From Dendrobates tinctorius (Eukaryota): a DNA stretch of 64,000 nucleotides. Both the position numbers and the translations under genes were made by a program. This document shows, one piece after another, positions 53,279 to 64,000 of the stretch. Each line of letters begins with the position of its first letter. The first letter of the stretch is position 1. Location: positions 27,714,001 through 27,778,000 of the forward strand of contig NW_027361687.1 of assembly GCF_039654945.1 (NCBI RefSeq), read 5' to 3'. Below the pieces are notes generated by a model. The model did not search any database. It had not been told where the DNA came from and worked only from the letters and a program-made list of their open reading frames with translations.

Positions 53279-56036
53279 ATGGACGAGCCGGAAACTCCCG
53301 TGGCCCAGCTGGACCGAGAGCAGGAATGTACATCAGAGAGGTCCCAAACCAGCTCCCAGCAAAAGAAAAAACGAACTGGACAATCTGGCCATAGAAGTTC
53401 CTCCAGGCCGAAGGATCCAGCTCGCCCCCCCGTGATCCAGTACCTACGCCTTCTGCTCAGGGTAAGAGATCTTCGTGAATGTGCCCTGATGCAGTGTTCC
53501 CCTTATGTTTTCATCCTATAGGGGAAGAAATGCGCTGACAAGGCAAAAAACAGGGAATGCGCCCTTTGCAAATGCCCCTTGCCAGATGCCTACCCTAAAA
53601 GGTGTAGACCAGGGGTCCTTAAACTTTTTAAACGGGGCCAGATTTCGGTCCCTCGGACCGTTGGAGGGCCGTAATATAGTTTAAAAAAATTATGACTAAA
53701 TTCCTGTGCACACTGCACATATCTTATTTAGTAGTAATAAAACAAAAATAGGAACAAATACAATATTAAAAATGAAGTTAAATCATCAAACCGATTTTTT
53801 GGGTTCTTCGAATATCCTACACTTCGAGTCAATTTTTTCTCTTTCTTGATATCATTGTTTCCTAGGGATTCAAAATTGCTATTAGTAAAATACCAACATA
53901 TATACAGCGCTACAAAAACAATATACCAGCAATAAAACTGCCAACACAGAGACATGCAGCCTGATCAGTGCCCATCAATGCAGTCTGATCAGTGCCCATC
54001 AATGCAGTCTGATCAGTGCCCATCAATGCAGCCTGATCAGTGGCTATCAATGCAGCCTCACCAGTGCCCATATTGGTGGAACTCCACTTTTACCTCAGGC
54101 TCAGACTGGTGTGGTGCAAGAATGCAGCATAGGTCCCCAATAGACTGGTAAATGTCCCCAATAGGCAGCACAGGTCCCCAATAGGCAGGTAAATGTCCCC
54201 AATAGGCAGCACAGGTCCCCAATAGGCAGCACAGGTCCCCAATAGGCAGGTAGATGTCCCCATTAGGCAGATAAATGTCCCCAATAGGCAGGTAAATGTC
54301 CCCATTAGGCAGCACAGGTCCCCATTAGGCAGGAAAATGTCCCCAATAGGTAGCACAGGTCCCCACTAGGCAGAAAAATGTCCCCAATAGGTAGCACAGG
54401 TGCCCACTAGGCAGGAAAATGTCCCCAATAGGTAGCATAGGTCCCCACTAGGCAGAACAATGTCCCCAATAGGTAGCACAGGTCCCCACTAGGCAAAAAA
54501 AGGCCCCAATAGGAAGGAAAATGTCCCCACTAGGCAGAACAATGACCCCAATAGGACCCGGCATTAAAAAAAAAAAAAAATGTACTCACCTATGTCCCCC
54601 GCTGCTCTGAAGAGGCGCCCGCTCATCTCCGTCTTCTTCCTGCATAGGCACACAGGCGGCGTGACATCATCAGACCGCGCAGGCGGCGTGATGACAATCA
54701 CGTCGTCTCTGTGCACTGTGCTGCGGGAGGGCTGCGTAACGCCTTTCCTCGGCGCCTCGTCCCGCCCGCAATTACACGGCCCGCCGGCACTGAACTGCAG
54801 TGCAGTTCATGAGCTCAAAGTCGGCCTGGCCAGAGGCCGGATAAAAGTCTTTGGAGGGCCGCAGTTTGAGGACCCCTGGTGTAGACGGTGGCGGAAGAAA
54901 CCCCTGACTTCGCTACAAGTCTAAGGGAAATTATCAGGATGGAGGTTAAAGCCCTAAAATCCGTACCCCAGGGGGAGGCGTCTAGGAAGAGAAAGAGAGC
55001 AAGTTTCTCAGGGTCAGGCTCTTCAGCTGACCCTAGAGGAAATGAAGACTCCTCAGAACCCTCTATCTCCGTGTCTGCGTTCTCTTCAGAGGAAGACGCC
55101 AGTCGTTTCTGCCTAGGTCTGGAACAAGTGGACAAACTAGTTAAGGCAGTCAAGGCTACCATGGGGGTAACAGACACAAAACCAGAACTGTCAGCGCAAG
55201 ACCTAATGTTCGGGGGTTTCGACCCCAGGAAACGTAAGTCGTTCCCGTTAAACGACAAGGTCCAAAATTTGATTAATAGAGAATGGAGGAAACTAGAAAG
55301 GAAAGGCTCCCTACCACCAGCTTTTAAACGGCGATATCCCTTTGAGGACCCCATGGTAAATAAATGGGTCAAAGCCCCGAAATTGGATGCAGCAGTGGCT
55401 AAGGCGTCCAAAAAATCCGCTATCCCCTTTGATGACATGGTCTCTTTAAAGGATACGCTGGATAAAAAGGCGGACTCCTACTTGAAAGGCACATGGGAAA
55501 TGTCAGCTGGCGCCCTGAGACCGGCAGTAGCAGCTACCTGCGCAGCCAGATCTTTGATGGTCTGGCTGGACCAGCTGGAAACGCAGTTAGAGGACAGAGC
55601 CTCGAGGGAGTCTATCTTGAAAACCCTACCTATCATCCAGAATGCGGCAGCCTTTTTAGCCGACGCTTCGGCAGATTCCGCAAGAATGGCGGCCAAGGCC
55701 GCAGGGCTATCAAATGCAGACCGACGGGCTGTATGGCTGAAATGCTGGCCCGGGGATATGCAGGCCAGATCCTGGCTTTGCTCCATCCCGTGTGAGAGGG
55801 AATATCTATTTGGACCAGTCCTAGATCAACTGGAGAAGACAGACAACGATAAAAAGAAATTCCCTTCCCTGCCCACCCCTTCCTATAGATGTCCCTTTGC
55901 TAGGAAGAGATTTTTTCGGAGGAGGTCATCCAGGGACCGAGGCAGATGGGAAGATAAAAAGAAAAAAGGTACCGGGTTTATGTTTGGAGGGGGACGCCAG
56001 GAAGCATCCCGTGAGACCAAGAAACCCCCCCAATGA
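53279..56036 (+). pseudogene. DIRS gag-like ORF1, interrupted by a hAT element
   Basis: N-terminal MDEPETP..., ECALCKCPL zinc-finger half before the hAT insertion, then 54888-56036 with FKRRYPF...PKLDAAVAK...LKDTLDKKAD...LFGPVLD. Confidence 0.8.
53610..54878. mobile_element. hAT (Charlie-like) non-autonomous element with internal minisatellites
   Basis: TIR CAGGGGTCCT.AAACT; perfect 8-bp TSD GTGTAGAC (53602-53609, 54879-54886); ~21-bp repeats at 53954-54070 and 54130-54555. Confidence 0.9.
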
Positions 56037-56048
56037 TTAGAGGCCCCG

Positions 56049-57919
56049 GTGGGAGGTAGACTATCAGCCTTCTGCCAAGCCTGGTCGCGGATCTCAAACA
56101 GTAACTGGATCCTGAGGTTGGTAGCCTCAGGCTTAAAGCTAGAATTTGCCTGTGTCCCCCAGAACAGTTTTAGGGTCACCACGCTCAGGTCTTCCCTGGC
56201 GGAACAGACTGCCCTAGAAACCGAAGTTGTTGACCTATGTCAGAAAGGAGTACTGATAAAGGTACCAGAGGCGGAGAAAGGCGAAGGCTTCTACTCCCCC
56301 CTATTTTTGGTCCGTAAACCAGATAATTCTTACAGGACCATAATCAACCTGAAGGCACTCAACAGATACCTGGTTATTCGACCTTTCAAAATGGAAACGA
56401 TCAGTTCCACAATAAAATTACTGTTTGAAAATTGTTTTATGGTGGTGTTGGATTTAAAAGACGCTTATTACCATATACCCATCTATGTGTCTCATCAGCG
56501 TTTCCTTAGAGTGGCAGTTCATTTACAGGGGTCGTTACAGCATTTTCAACATGTCACACTTCCCTTTGGTATAGCAGTCGCCCCCCCAGGTGTTCACTAA
56601 AGATATAGCGGAGGTTATGGCCCATCTGCGGGAAGCAAACATCCTAGTAATCCCTTACCTGGATGACTTCCTTTTTGTAGGCAAAACGGCAGTCCATTGT
56701 CTGGATCAATTGCTAAAAGCAAAATCAGCTCTGGAGCAGTTAGGGTGGCTATTAAACATTAAGAAGTCCTGCCTACAGCCCATGAAAGTCCAGCAGTTCT
56801 TGGGCTTAACCCTAGACTCGCAGAATCACGAGTGTCGTCTTCTACCTGAAAAATTAGTTCGGCTACATCAGAAGGTCTTGAACGCCTCCAATAGACCTAC
56901 CATGTCTCTCAGGAAAGCAATGTCCCTCCTTGGTTCTCTCTCATCCTGCATCCCCGCGGTCCGATGGGCCCAGTTCCGTACAAGGGTGCTACAGGGCGAG
57001 GTTTTACGCCATCAAAAGATCCTGGGCGGTTATCTAGAAGGCCAGTTGACTCTGTCCCAACATACCTTGAGATCCCTTGAGTGGTGGCTAGACGAGAACT
57101 ATCTAGCCAGAGGGGTGCCCTGGGAATATAACGTAACCCGGGTAGTCACCACAGGAGCAAGCCCCCCATGTGGGGGGAATCTTGATCCAGGACCTGTGGG
57201 AATGCCATCAGTTGTAAATGTCCTCCAACCTGAAAGAGCTAACAGCCGTAGAGCAGGCAGTCAAAAACCTTTTTGTGTATCTACAGGGTCACCATGTTCG
57301 AATCTTCTCCGACAATCAGGTCACCGTGGCTTACATCAACCACCAAGGTGGGACTCGTTCCAGGCCCCTGATGGAGATAGCAGAACAGCTGTTCCAATGG
57401 GCAGAGCAATATCTCCTGTCTTTACCAGCTCTGCACATAAAAGGAAAAGAAAACACCACAGCAGACTTCCTAAGCCGCAACCTTCTAAAGCAGGGGGAAT
57501 GGTCCTTAAAAACGTCCATCTTCGACCGAATCGTACAAAAATCGAGGCATCCAGATGTGGACCTCTTCGCCACCAGAGATAACAGGAAGGTGCCTCGGTT
57601 CTGCTCTCTAAATCCCAGGGAGAACCCTCTGGCAGTAGCTGCTCTTCTAATCAATTGGGACTTCGGGTTAGCATACGCCTTCCCTCCCCTGGCTCTACTA
57701 CCCCTGGTGATGAGGAAGGTCAGGAAGGACAAAGCAAGGATTATAGTGATCGCCCCGTTTTGGTCCAGGAGGGCATGGTTCTCGTGCCTCAGGACCATGT
57801 CGGTGTCCGACCCTTGGGTCCTACCAAACATCCCAGACCTCCTATCCCAGGGCCCAGTTTACCATCCTCAGGTAGCTGGCCTACATCTGACGGCGTGGAT
57901 TTTGACCGGGCACTACTAA
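56049..57919 (+). pseudogene. DIRS RT/RNase H/Dam-like methyltransferase ORF, frameshifted
   Basis: VGGRLSAF, FYSPLFLVRKPD, LDLKDAYYHIPI, LPFG, PYLDDFL, FSDNQVTVAYINHQGGTRS, DLFAT...YAFPP. Confidence 0.9.
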
Positions 57920-58913
57920 AGGAGAAAGGTTTCTTCCTGACTTTAATTAACACCCTGCTCAAAAGCAGAAAACCGATTACAACCAAAATCTGTTAGGATC
58001 TGGAAAAGATTCCTTCAGGGGTAGTAGCTGGGCAGTTCTCTCCCATAGCACAGATCCTGGAGTTCCTACGAAGAGGTCTGGACATGGGACTCTCCACCAG
58101 CACCCTTAAGGTACAGGTGTCGGCTCTAGGGACGCTTTTCAACTGCCACATCGCCAGTAACTATTGGATCAATAGATTTATTAAAGCAACAGGCAGGTCC
58201 AGGCCGGTAGTGAGAAATAAATTTATGCCATGGGATCTAAACCTAGTCCTTATTGCCATGACAGAGTCCCCGTTTGAGCCTATTTCATTTAGATTCCACA
58301 AAAAACCTGTCCTTTAAAGTGGCTCTCCTGGTAGCGTTGACATCAGCCCGGAGAGTTCGTGACATCCAGGTGCTGTCTAGACCTCCTCCTTACATACAAT
58401 TCAGGGAAGACAGGGTAATTCTTACACCTGATCCAGCATACCTGCCTAAAGTAGCCTCCAGTTTCCATAGAACTCAGGAGATAGTTCTTCCTTCCATCCT
58501 TCCTCCCTAATCCCACGAACGATAAGGAAAGGAAATTTCACTCGCTAGACCTTAGGAGATGACTCATAGAGTACCTGGCAGTTACCGACCCCTGGAAAAA
58601 AGATAATGCCTTGTTTATTTCCTATCAGGGCACTAGGGCTTCAAAAAGCTCGCTAGCAAGATGGATTAGGGAGGCTATTTCATTAGCATACACCTCAAAA
58701 GGCAAACCGGCTCCTGGTAAGCTGAGGGCGCATTCCACCAGGGCCATGGAAACCTCTTGGGCAGAGAGATCGGAGGTCTCGATCGACCAGATATGTAAGG
58801 CAGCTACTTGGTCCTCTCCGAGCACCTTCTACAACCATTATAGACTAGACCTGGGTGCTTCCTCAGACCTCTCCTTTGCTGTCAGGGTTCTGCAGGCTGT
58901 AGTCCCTCCCTAA
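57900..58913 (+). pseudogene. DIRS tyrosine recombinase, frameshifted
   Basis: STLKVQVSAL, PWDLNLVL, LVALTSARRV, RAHSTRA, ATWSSPSTFYNHYRLD. Confidence 0.9.
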
Positions 58914-60037
58914 AGTAATTATTACTCTCTGTAATTCTCTCAGGTGGTGCTGTCATGGACGACCGAATAAAGTCGTAGTTACTCACCGGTTAACGGTATT
59001 TTTCGGAGTCCATGACAGCACCCGTATATTCCCTCCCTTTAGTTTAATTTGGGTGTGTACTACTTCCTCTTATATGTACACGGGTAATTAATAGTCGTGT
59101 AAGAGTATTGTATATAAATTATGCTATTAACTTTTGTGGTCCTCTTGTGCTCTGTAAAGCAACTGATGCGTGGGAGAGGTGCTGCCCTTATGTATCTGTA
59201 GGATTTCCTGTTCTTGGAGGGCGGATCCCCTCTCTCAGGTGGTGCTGTCATGGGCTCCGAAAAATACCGTTAACCGGGGAGTAACTACGACTTTCCCCCA
59301 CCGCCGTGGAAGCCCCTTGGGTCCTGAGCCGCCAGGCGTCTGTTCTTCTGTTCCATAGGGACGCTACTTAGTCTTCTGTCCACATCTTTATGGCGCTCTT
59401 CTCTTTTAATGATGCAAATCTTAGCAGAAGCTTACTATAAGCAGCAGGTGTTGGATTAGTAACCTGAGGGATGGCTATTCTTCCTTCTGCAGGACTAGCT
59501 TTAGTTTTCACACCCTAGGCACTGCTTTATGATGTCTCATGGTTCCCGTGTTCTCCACTGAAGCGACTGAGAAAGCTAACCACAAAAGTCTGGATTTATG
59601 TACTTGTACAATCTGCATATTATTAAGAGTCTAACGTACAGTACAGACCAAACGTTTGGTCACACCTTCTCATTCAAAGAGTTTTCTTTATTTTCATGAC
59701 CATGAAAATTGTAGATTCACTCTGAAGGCATCAAAACTATGAATTAACACATGTGGAATTATATAATTAACAAAAAAGTGTGAAACAACTGAAAATACGT
59801 CTTATATTCTAGGTTCTTCAAAGTAGCCACCTTTTGCTTTGATTACTGCTTTGCACACTCTTGGCATTCTCTTGATGAGCTTCAAGAGTTAGTCACTGGA
59901 AATGGTTTTCACTTCTCATGTGTGCCCTGTCAGGTTTAATAAGTGGAATTTCATGCCTTATAAATGGGGTTGGGACCATCAGTTGTGTTGTGCAGAAGTC
60001 TGGTGGATAAACAGCTGATAGTCCTACTGAATAGACT

Positions 60038-60684
60038 ATAAAGAACAAAAGTAGCATACTCCAGCATACCTGCTATATGGGGAATATATCATAATAAAGG
60101 CAATATAGCAACAAAATACCCCATAATACTCACAGTGCTGTGGACTGTACACAGACCAATTGTCAAACTGACATGAGAGGAGAGGGAAGATAAAAACCTT
60201 CCAAAACGACAATAAAGGTCAAAATATGTAAAATTGCTTTATTGGACACAGGGCAAGGAACAATACAGATTTAAAATGATAGCTGATAGCTTGTCACAAA
60301 AAGGCACTGTAGCCCCCTGACGAAGGTTCCCGAAACGCGCGTCGGGGTGGGCACCGGATCGCTTCTCTTGTCTGCGTGCACTTGACATACGTGGTATGTA
60401 GGACGTACTCATTGCCTACTACATGGTTATCTTCAGTGTATCTATGTGCTATCACTGTTCAATTGAGTACGCTATGTTCTTTCATTGTATATGGAATGAT
60501 GGTTATATTTTTCTGTCCCCCTTATATGGGTTATATTGAAGCAGCATGTGTAGACTACGGTGCCTTTTTGTGACAAGCTATCAGCTATCATTTTAAATCT
60601 GTATTGTTCCTTGCCCTGTGTTTAATAAAGCAATTTTACATATTTTGACCTTTATTGTCGTTTTGGAAGGTTTTTATCTTCCCT
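60038..60684. mobile_element. Non-coding Penelope-like inverted pLTR insertion inside Tc1
   Basis: 14-bp TSD CTACTGAATAGACT (60024-60037, 60685-60698); inverted repeat 60181-60312 vs ~60555-60686; hammerhead at the inversion junction. Confidence 0.85.
60313..60347 (+). ncRNA. Minimal type I hammerhead ribozyme, canonical C3-G8 core
   Basis: CCCC-CUGACGA-A-GG(uuc)CC-GAAAC-GCGC-GUC-GGGG; all core nucleotides present; palindromic ACGCGCGU helix III. Confidence 0.85.
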
Positions 60685-61971
60685 CTACTGAATAGACTGT
60701 TAGAATTTGTATTATGGCAAGAAAAAAGCAGCTAAGTAAAGAAAAACGAGTGGCCATCATTACTTTAAGAAATGAAGGTCAGTCAGTCTGAAAAATTGGG
60801 AAAACTTTGAAAGTGTCCCCAAGTGCAGTGGCAAAAACCATCAAGCGCTACAAAGAAACTGGCTCACATGAGGACCGCCCCAGGAAAGGAAGACCAAGAG
60901 TCACCTCTGCTGCGGAGGATAAGTTCATCCGAGTCACCAGCCTCAGAAATCGCAGGTTAACAGCAGCTCAGAATAGAGACCAGGTCAATGCCACACAGAG
61001 TTCTAGCAGCAAACACATCTCTACAACAACTGTTAAGAGGAGACTTTGTGCAGCAGGCCTTCATGGTAAAATAGCTGCTAGGAAACCACTGCTAAGGACA
61101 GGCAACAAGCAGAAGAGACTTGTTTGGGCTAAAGAACACAAGGAATGGACATTAGACCAGTGGAAATCTGTGCTTTGTCTGAGGAGTCCAAATTTGAGAT
61201 CTTTGGTTCCAACCACTGTGTCTTTGTGCAAAGCAGAAAAGGTGAACGGATGGACTCTACATGCCTGGTTCCCACCGTGAAGCATGGAGGAGGAGGTATG
61301 ATGGTGTGGGGGGGTGCTTTGCTGGTGACACTGTTGGGGATTTATTCAAAATTGAAGGCATACTGAACCATCATGGCTACCACAGCATCTTGCAGCGGCA
61401 TGCTATTCCATCCGGTTTGTGTTTAGTTGGACCATCATTTATTTTTCAACAGGACAATGGACTCAAACACACCTCCAGGCTGTGTAAGGACTATTTTACC
61501 AAGAAGGGGAGTGATGGGGTGCTATGCCAGATACCCTGGCCCCACAGTCACCAGACCTGAACCCAATCGAGATGGTTTGGGGTGAGCTGGACCGCAGAGT
61601 GAAGGTAAAAGGGCCAACAAGTGCTAAGCATCTCTGGGAACTCCTTCAAGACTGTTGGAAAACCATTTCCGGTGACTACCTCTTGAAGCTCATCAAGAGA
61701 ATGCCAAGAGTGTGCAAAGCAGTAATCAAAGCAAAAGGTGGCTACTTTGAAGAACCTAGAATATAAGACATACAGTATTTTCAATTGTTTCACACTTTTT
61801 TGTTATATAATTCCTCATGTGTTAATTCATAGTTTTGATGCCTTCAGAGTGAATCTACAATTTTCATAGTCATGAAAATAAAGAAAACTCTTTGAATGAG
61901 AAGGTGTGTCCAAACTTTTGGTCTGTACTGTATATCCTCAATTAGACTTGTAATAGCAATTAAGTCCTTAA

Positions 61972-62289
61972 AGGGGTTGTCCAGTGAAAACAAAGAATCG
62001 CCTGTCTGCTGGATAGGTGATTACTTGTTTTGGTTGGTGGGGATCCAACCTCACCAATTGGCAGAACAGGGAATCTTTATCCCCCGTCTAGAATGAAGCA
62101 ACAGGTTGAATGCCCGAATGCTGCACCATTCATTCTCTATGGGCTGGAGAAAGCTGAGCGCAGCACTGAGCAGCCGTAAAGTGAATGAATGGAGTGCCAG
62201 TGGAGATAAACGTGCCCCATTCTGCCAGTGGGTGCGGGATCTTCAATTTGTACTCCCATCACTTAATAATTTCTCACCGGACTACCCCT
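61972..62289. mobile_element. Kolobok/T2-type MITE
   Basis: TTAA-AGGGGTTGTCC...GGACTACCCCT-TTGA termini. Confidence 0.5.
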
Positions 62290-62357
62290 TTGAGAGAGAG
62301 TTTTTGGTAGAGATGGAAAAAAAAAAAAAAAAAGAAAAACCGTGATCATATCTAGAG

Positions 62358-63360
62358 CAGGGATACCAAACTCAAATACACACAGAGGGCCAAATTAAAA
62401 ACTTGGAAAAAGTCGCAGGCCAACCTTGATATCAATTAAAAAAATGTTTACAATTGAGGAAGTTTTTCCTTATCCTAAAATATAATAATGAAACCTTTCA
62501 TATGCAAACAAACTTAAAGGGGTTGTCCTAAAGAGTACGTTTTACTTAATAGATTTTAGAATAAAATAAACACGTAATCACAAATGGAGCATACTGGAAT
62601 AATGTAGTATGCTATGTAAGAGCAGCAAAAAGCTTATGACCTAATTTAAGTATGTAATGACAAAGGATAAAAAATCTAGAATTCGTAAATAATACAGATA
62701 ATAAAGTATGATGCGATGCCCAAAGGGCCCCCAAACAGAGTATGATACCCCCACAGTGAATTTCTCCACAGTACCCTCCACACGCATGACATGATGACCC
62801 ATACCCCCCCAAAGTATTGTGACCTCTACACTGTCTGATGCCTCAACTGTGATCCCCTCCACATAGTATAATGGACTCCACATAGTCTTCCATATAGAAT
62901 AATGGGCTCCACATAGTTGTCCATACAGTATAATGGAGCCCTTATAGTATTCCATACAGTATAATGGCCCCACATAGTCCTCCTCCATACAGTATAATGG
63001 CCTCCACATAGTCCTCCATACAGAATAATGGCCTCCACATAGTCCTCCATACAGAATAATGGCCTCCACATAGTCCTCCATACAGACTAATGGGCCCCAC
63101 ATAGTTGTTCATACAGTATAATGGGCCCCACATAGTCCTCCATACAGACTAATGGGCCCCACATAGTCCTCCATACAGCATAATGGACACCACATAGTTC
63201 TCCATACAGACTAATGGGTCCCACATTGTCCTCCATATAGAACAATATGCCCCACATAGTCCTCCATGCTGTATGATGGGGGGCCAATGCCGGCCTCGCA
63301 GGACAAATAAAATCACCCTGCGGGCAGATTTGGCTCTCTGGCCAGAGTTTGACATGTGTG
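62358..63360. mobile_element. hAT non-autonomous element with internal ~32-bp minisatellite
   Basis: Perfect 8-bp TSD ATCTAGAG (62350-62357, 63361-63368); termini CAGGGATACCAAACTC / GAGTTTGACATGTGTG; CCACATAGTCCTCCATACAG.ATAATGG repeats at 62855-63265. Confidence 0.85.
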
Positions 63361-63848
63361 ATCTAGAGCTTTGTGGTTGATTAACTGCGGTGTATGAGGA
63401 ATATCGGGTGATTTAGAGTATATGATTTATCCGGCAAAATGTGCCAGACTAAAGCTAGCGCACAGACCACACACCAGATTGAGTGCGCATACTCATTTTG
63501 CGCCTCACTAGTAAACGAACATTTATAAAATGCACCAGAATTAATAAAGTCTGCGCCATTATGGTGGTGCAGAAGATTGACATAACCTGAGATAACCAAG
63601 AGAAGGCGTCATAAAAGCCAGACTCGCTGTGTGTATTACAGACCTGCGGCACTGCCATATGTGAGGTGCAGCTTCTGGTTTTATGCCCCCCAATGAGGAG
63701 GAGGGGGATATTGCATCATTTGACAGGCGATGCACTTGTTAATATGAGGGTGGTGTGAGTAACACTCATGTAGGGCTATTGGCATAGAGAGGGGTTTACA
63801 CAACCCGAACATTTATATCTCACAGTTTTGTATATTTTGCATTTGCAG

Positions 63849-63908
63849 AACAGTAATGTCCATTTTGAGAAACCTCATCGTGACCTCGCTCAGTCCGCAA
63901 ACATTGAC
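63849..63908 (+). CDS. Candidate additional/alternative 60-nt PACS2 exon
   Basis: ttttgcatttgcag|AAC AGT...ATT GAC|gtaagt; open in phase 0 (NSNVHFEKPHRDLAQSANID) and compatible with the preceding exon. I do not recall this peptide in human PACS2. Confidence 0.4.
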
Positions 63909-64000
63909 GTAAGTCACCATTCATAAAGCTTTATATTAAGACGGCTGTCATGTAGGTAGAATGTAAAACCATCTATATGTGTATGGGAGGATGTACAGCC

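Larger units (their letters stand above)
52500..59294 (+). mobile_element. DIRS1-type tyrosine-recombinase retrotransposon, structurally complete but disabled
   Basis: Left ITR 52500-~52605, right ITR ~59161-59294, internal complementary region 58937-59022 joining both ends across AAA; TTT at both termini; gag, RT/RNase H, MT and YR ORFs. Confidence 0.93.
48953..59574. mobile_element. Old short inverted-repeat element (probably DIRS-derived) expanded by nested L1 and DIRS insertions
   Basis: Termini TTTCTCAGTCGCTTCATTGGGGGAAACAGGAACCA / TGGTTCCCGTGTTCTCCACTGAAGCGACTGAGAAA are imperfect inverted repeats. Confidence 0.55.
59639..61930 (+). mobile_element. Tc1 transposon with long TIRs, disabled transposase 60714-61766
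   Basis: TA-CAGTACAGACCAAA...TTTGGTCTGTACTG-TA; GRPRVTS, SEESKFEIFG, FQQDN, QSPDLNPIEMVW; stops and frameshifts. Confidence 0.93.

Noticed and set aside
52686-53435. GC-rich ORFs or CpG island as a host promoter or gene
   Set aside because: Lies within the DIRS leader between the left ITR and gag; the ORFs are low-complexity and have no recognisable domain.
62612-63355. Repetitive YGGLCG / MEDYV ORFs
   Set aside because: Minisatellite inside a hAT non-autonomous element.

Overview
Vertebrate (very likely anuran/frog) genomic DNA, not microbial. The + strand carries nine consecutive coding exons of PACS2 (equivalent to human exons 2-10, all GT-AG and phase-consistent) plus one candidate extra 60-nt exon near the window end. 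The introns are mostly nested transposons: an R4/Rex6-like RLE LINE interrupted by a fold-back hATm derivative and by a near-intact Harbinger (2-exon transposase convergent with a fully open 7-exon MADF/BESS gene); four Tc1 relics; a full-length L1 and a truncated L1; a structurally complete DIRS1-type retrotransposon; many MITEs; and minisatellites. The most notable system is a set of four Penelope-like (PLE) insertions with 13-16 bp TSDs. One is an 8.2-kb insertion whose two ~3.3-kb arms form an inverted repeat. Its sequence points to a coiled-coil ORF1 joined to an ATG-less RT/GIY-YIG ORF2 by a -1 ribosomal frameshift (A_AAA_AAC plus stem-loop). The PLE insertions also carry minimal hammerhead ribozymes with three different 3:8 core pairs (C-G, U-A, A-U). 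All calls were made by eye; family names come from motif recall, not database searches.
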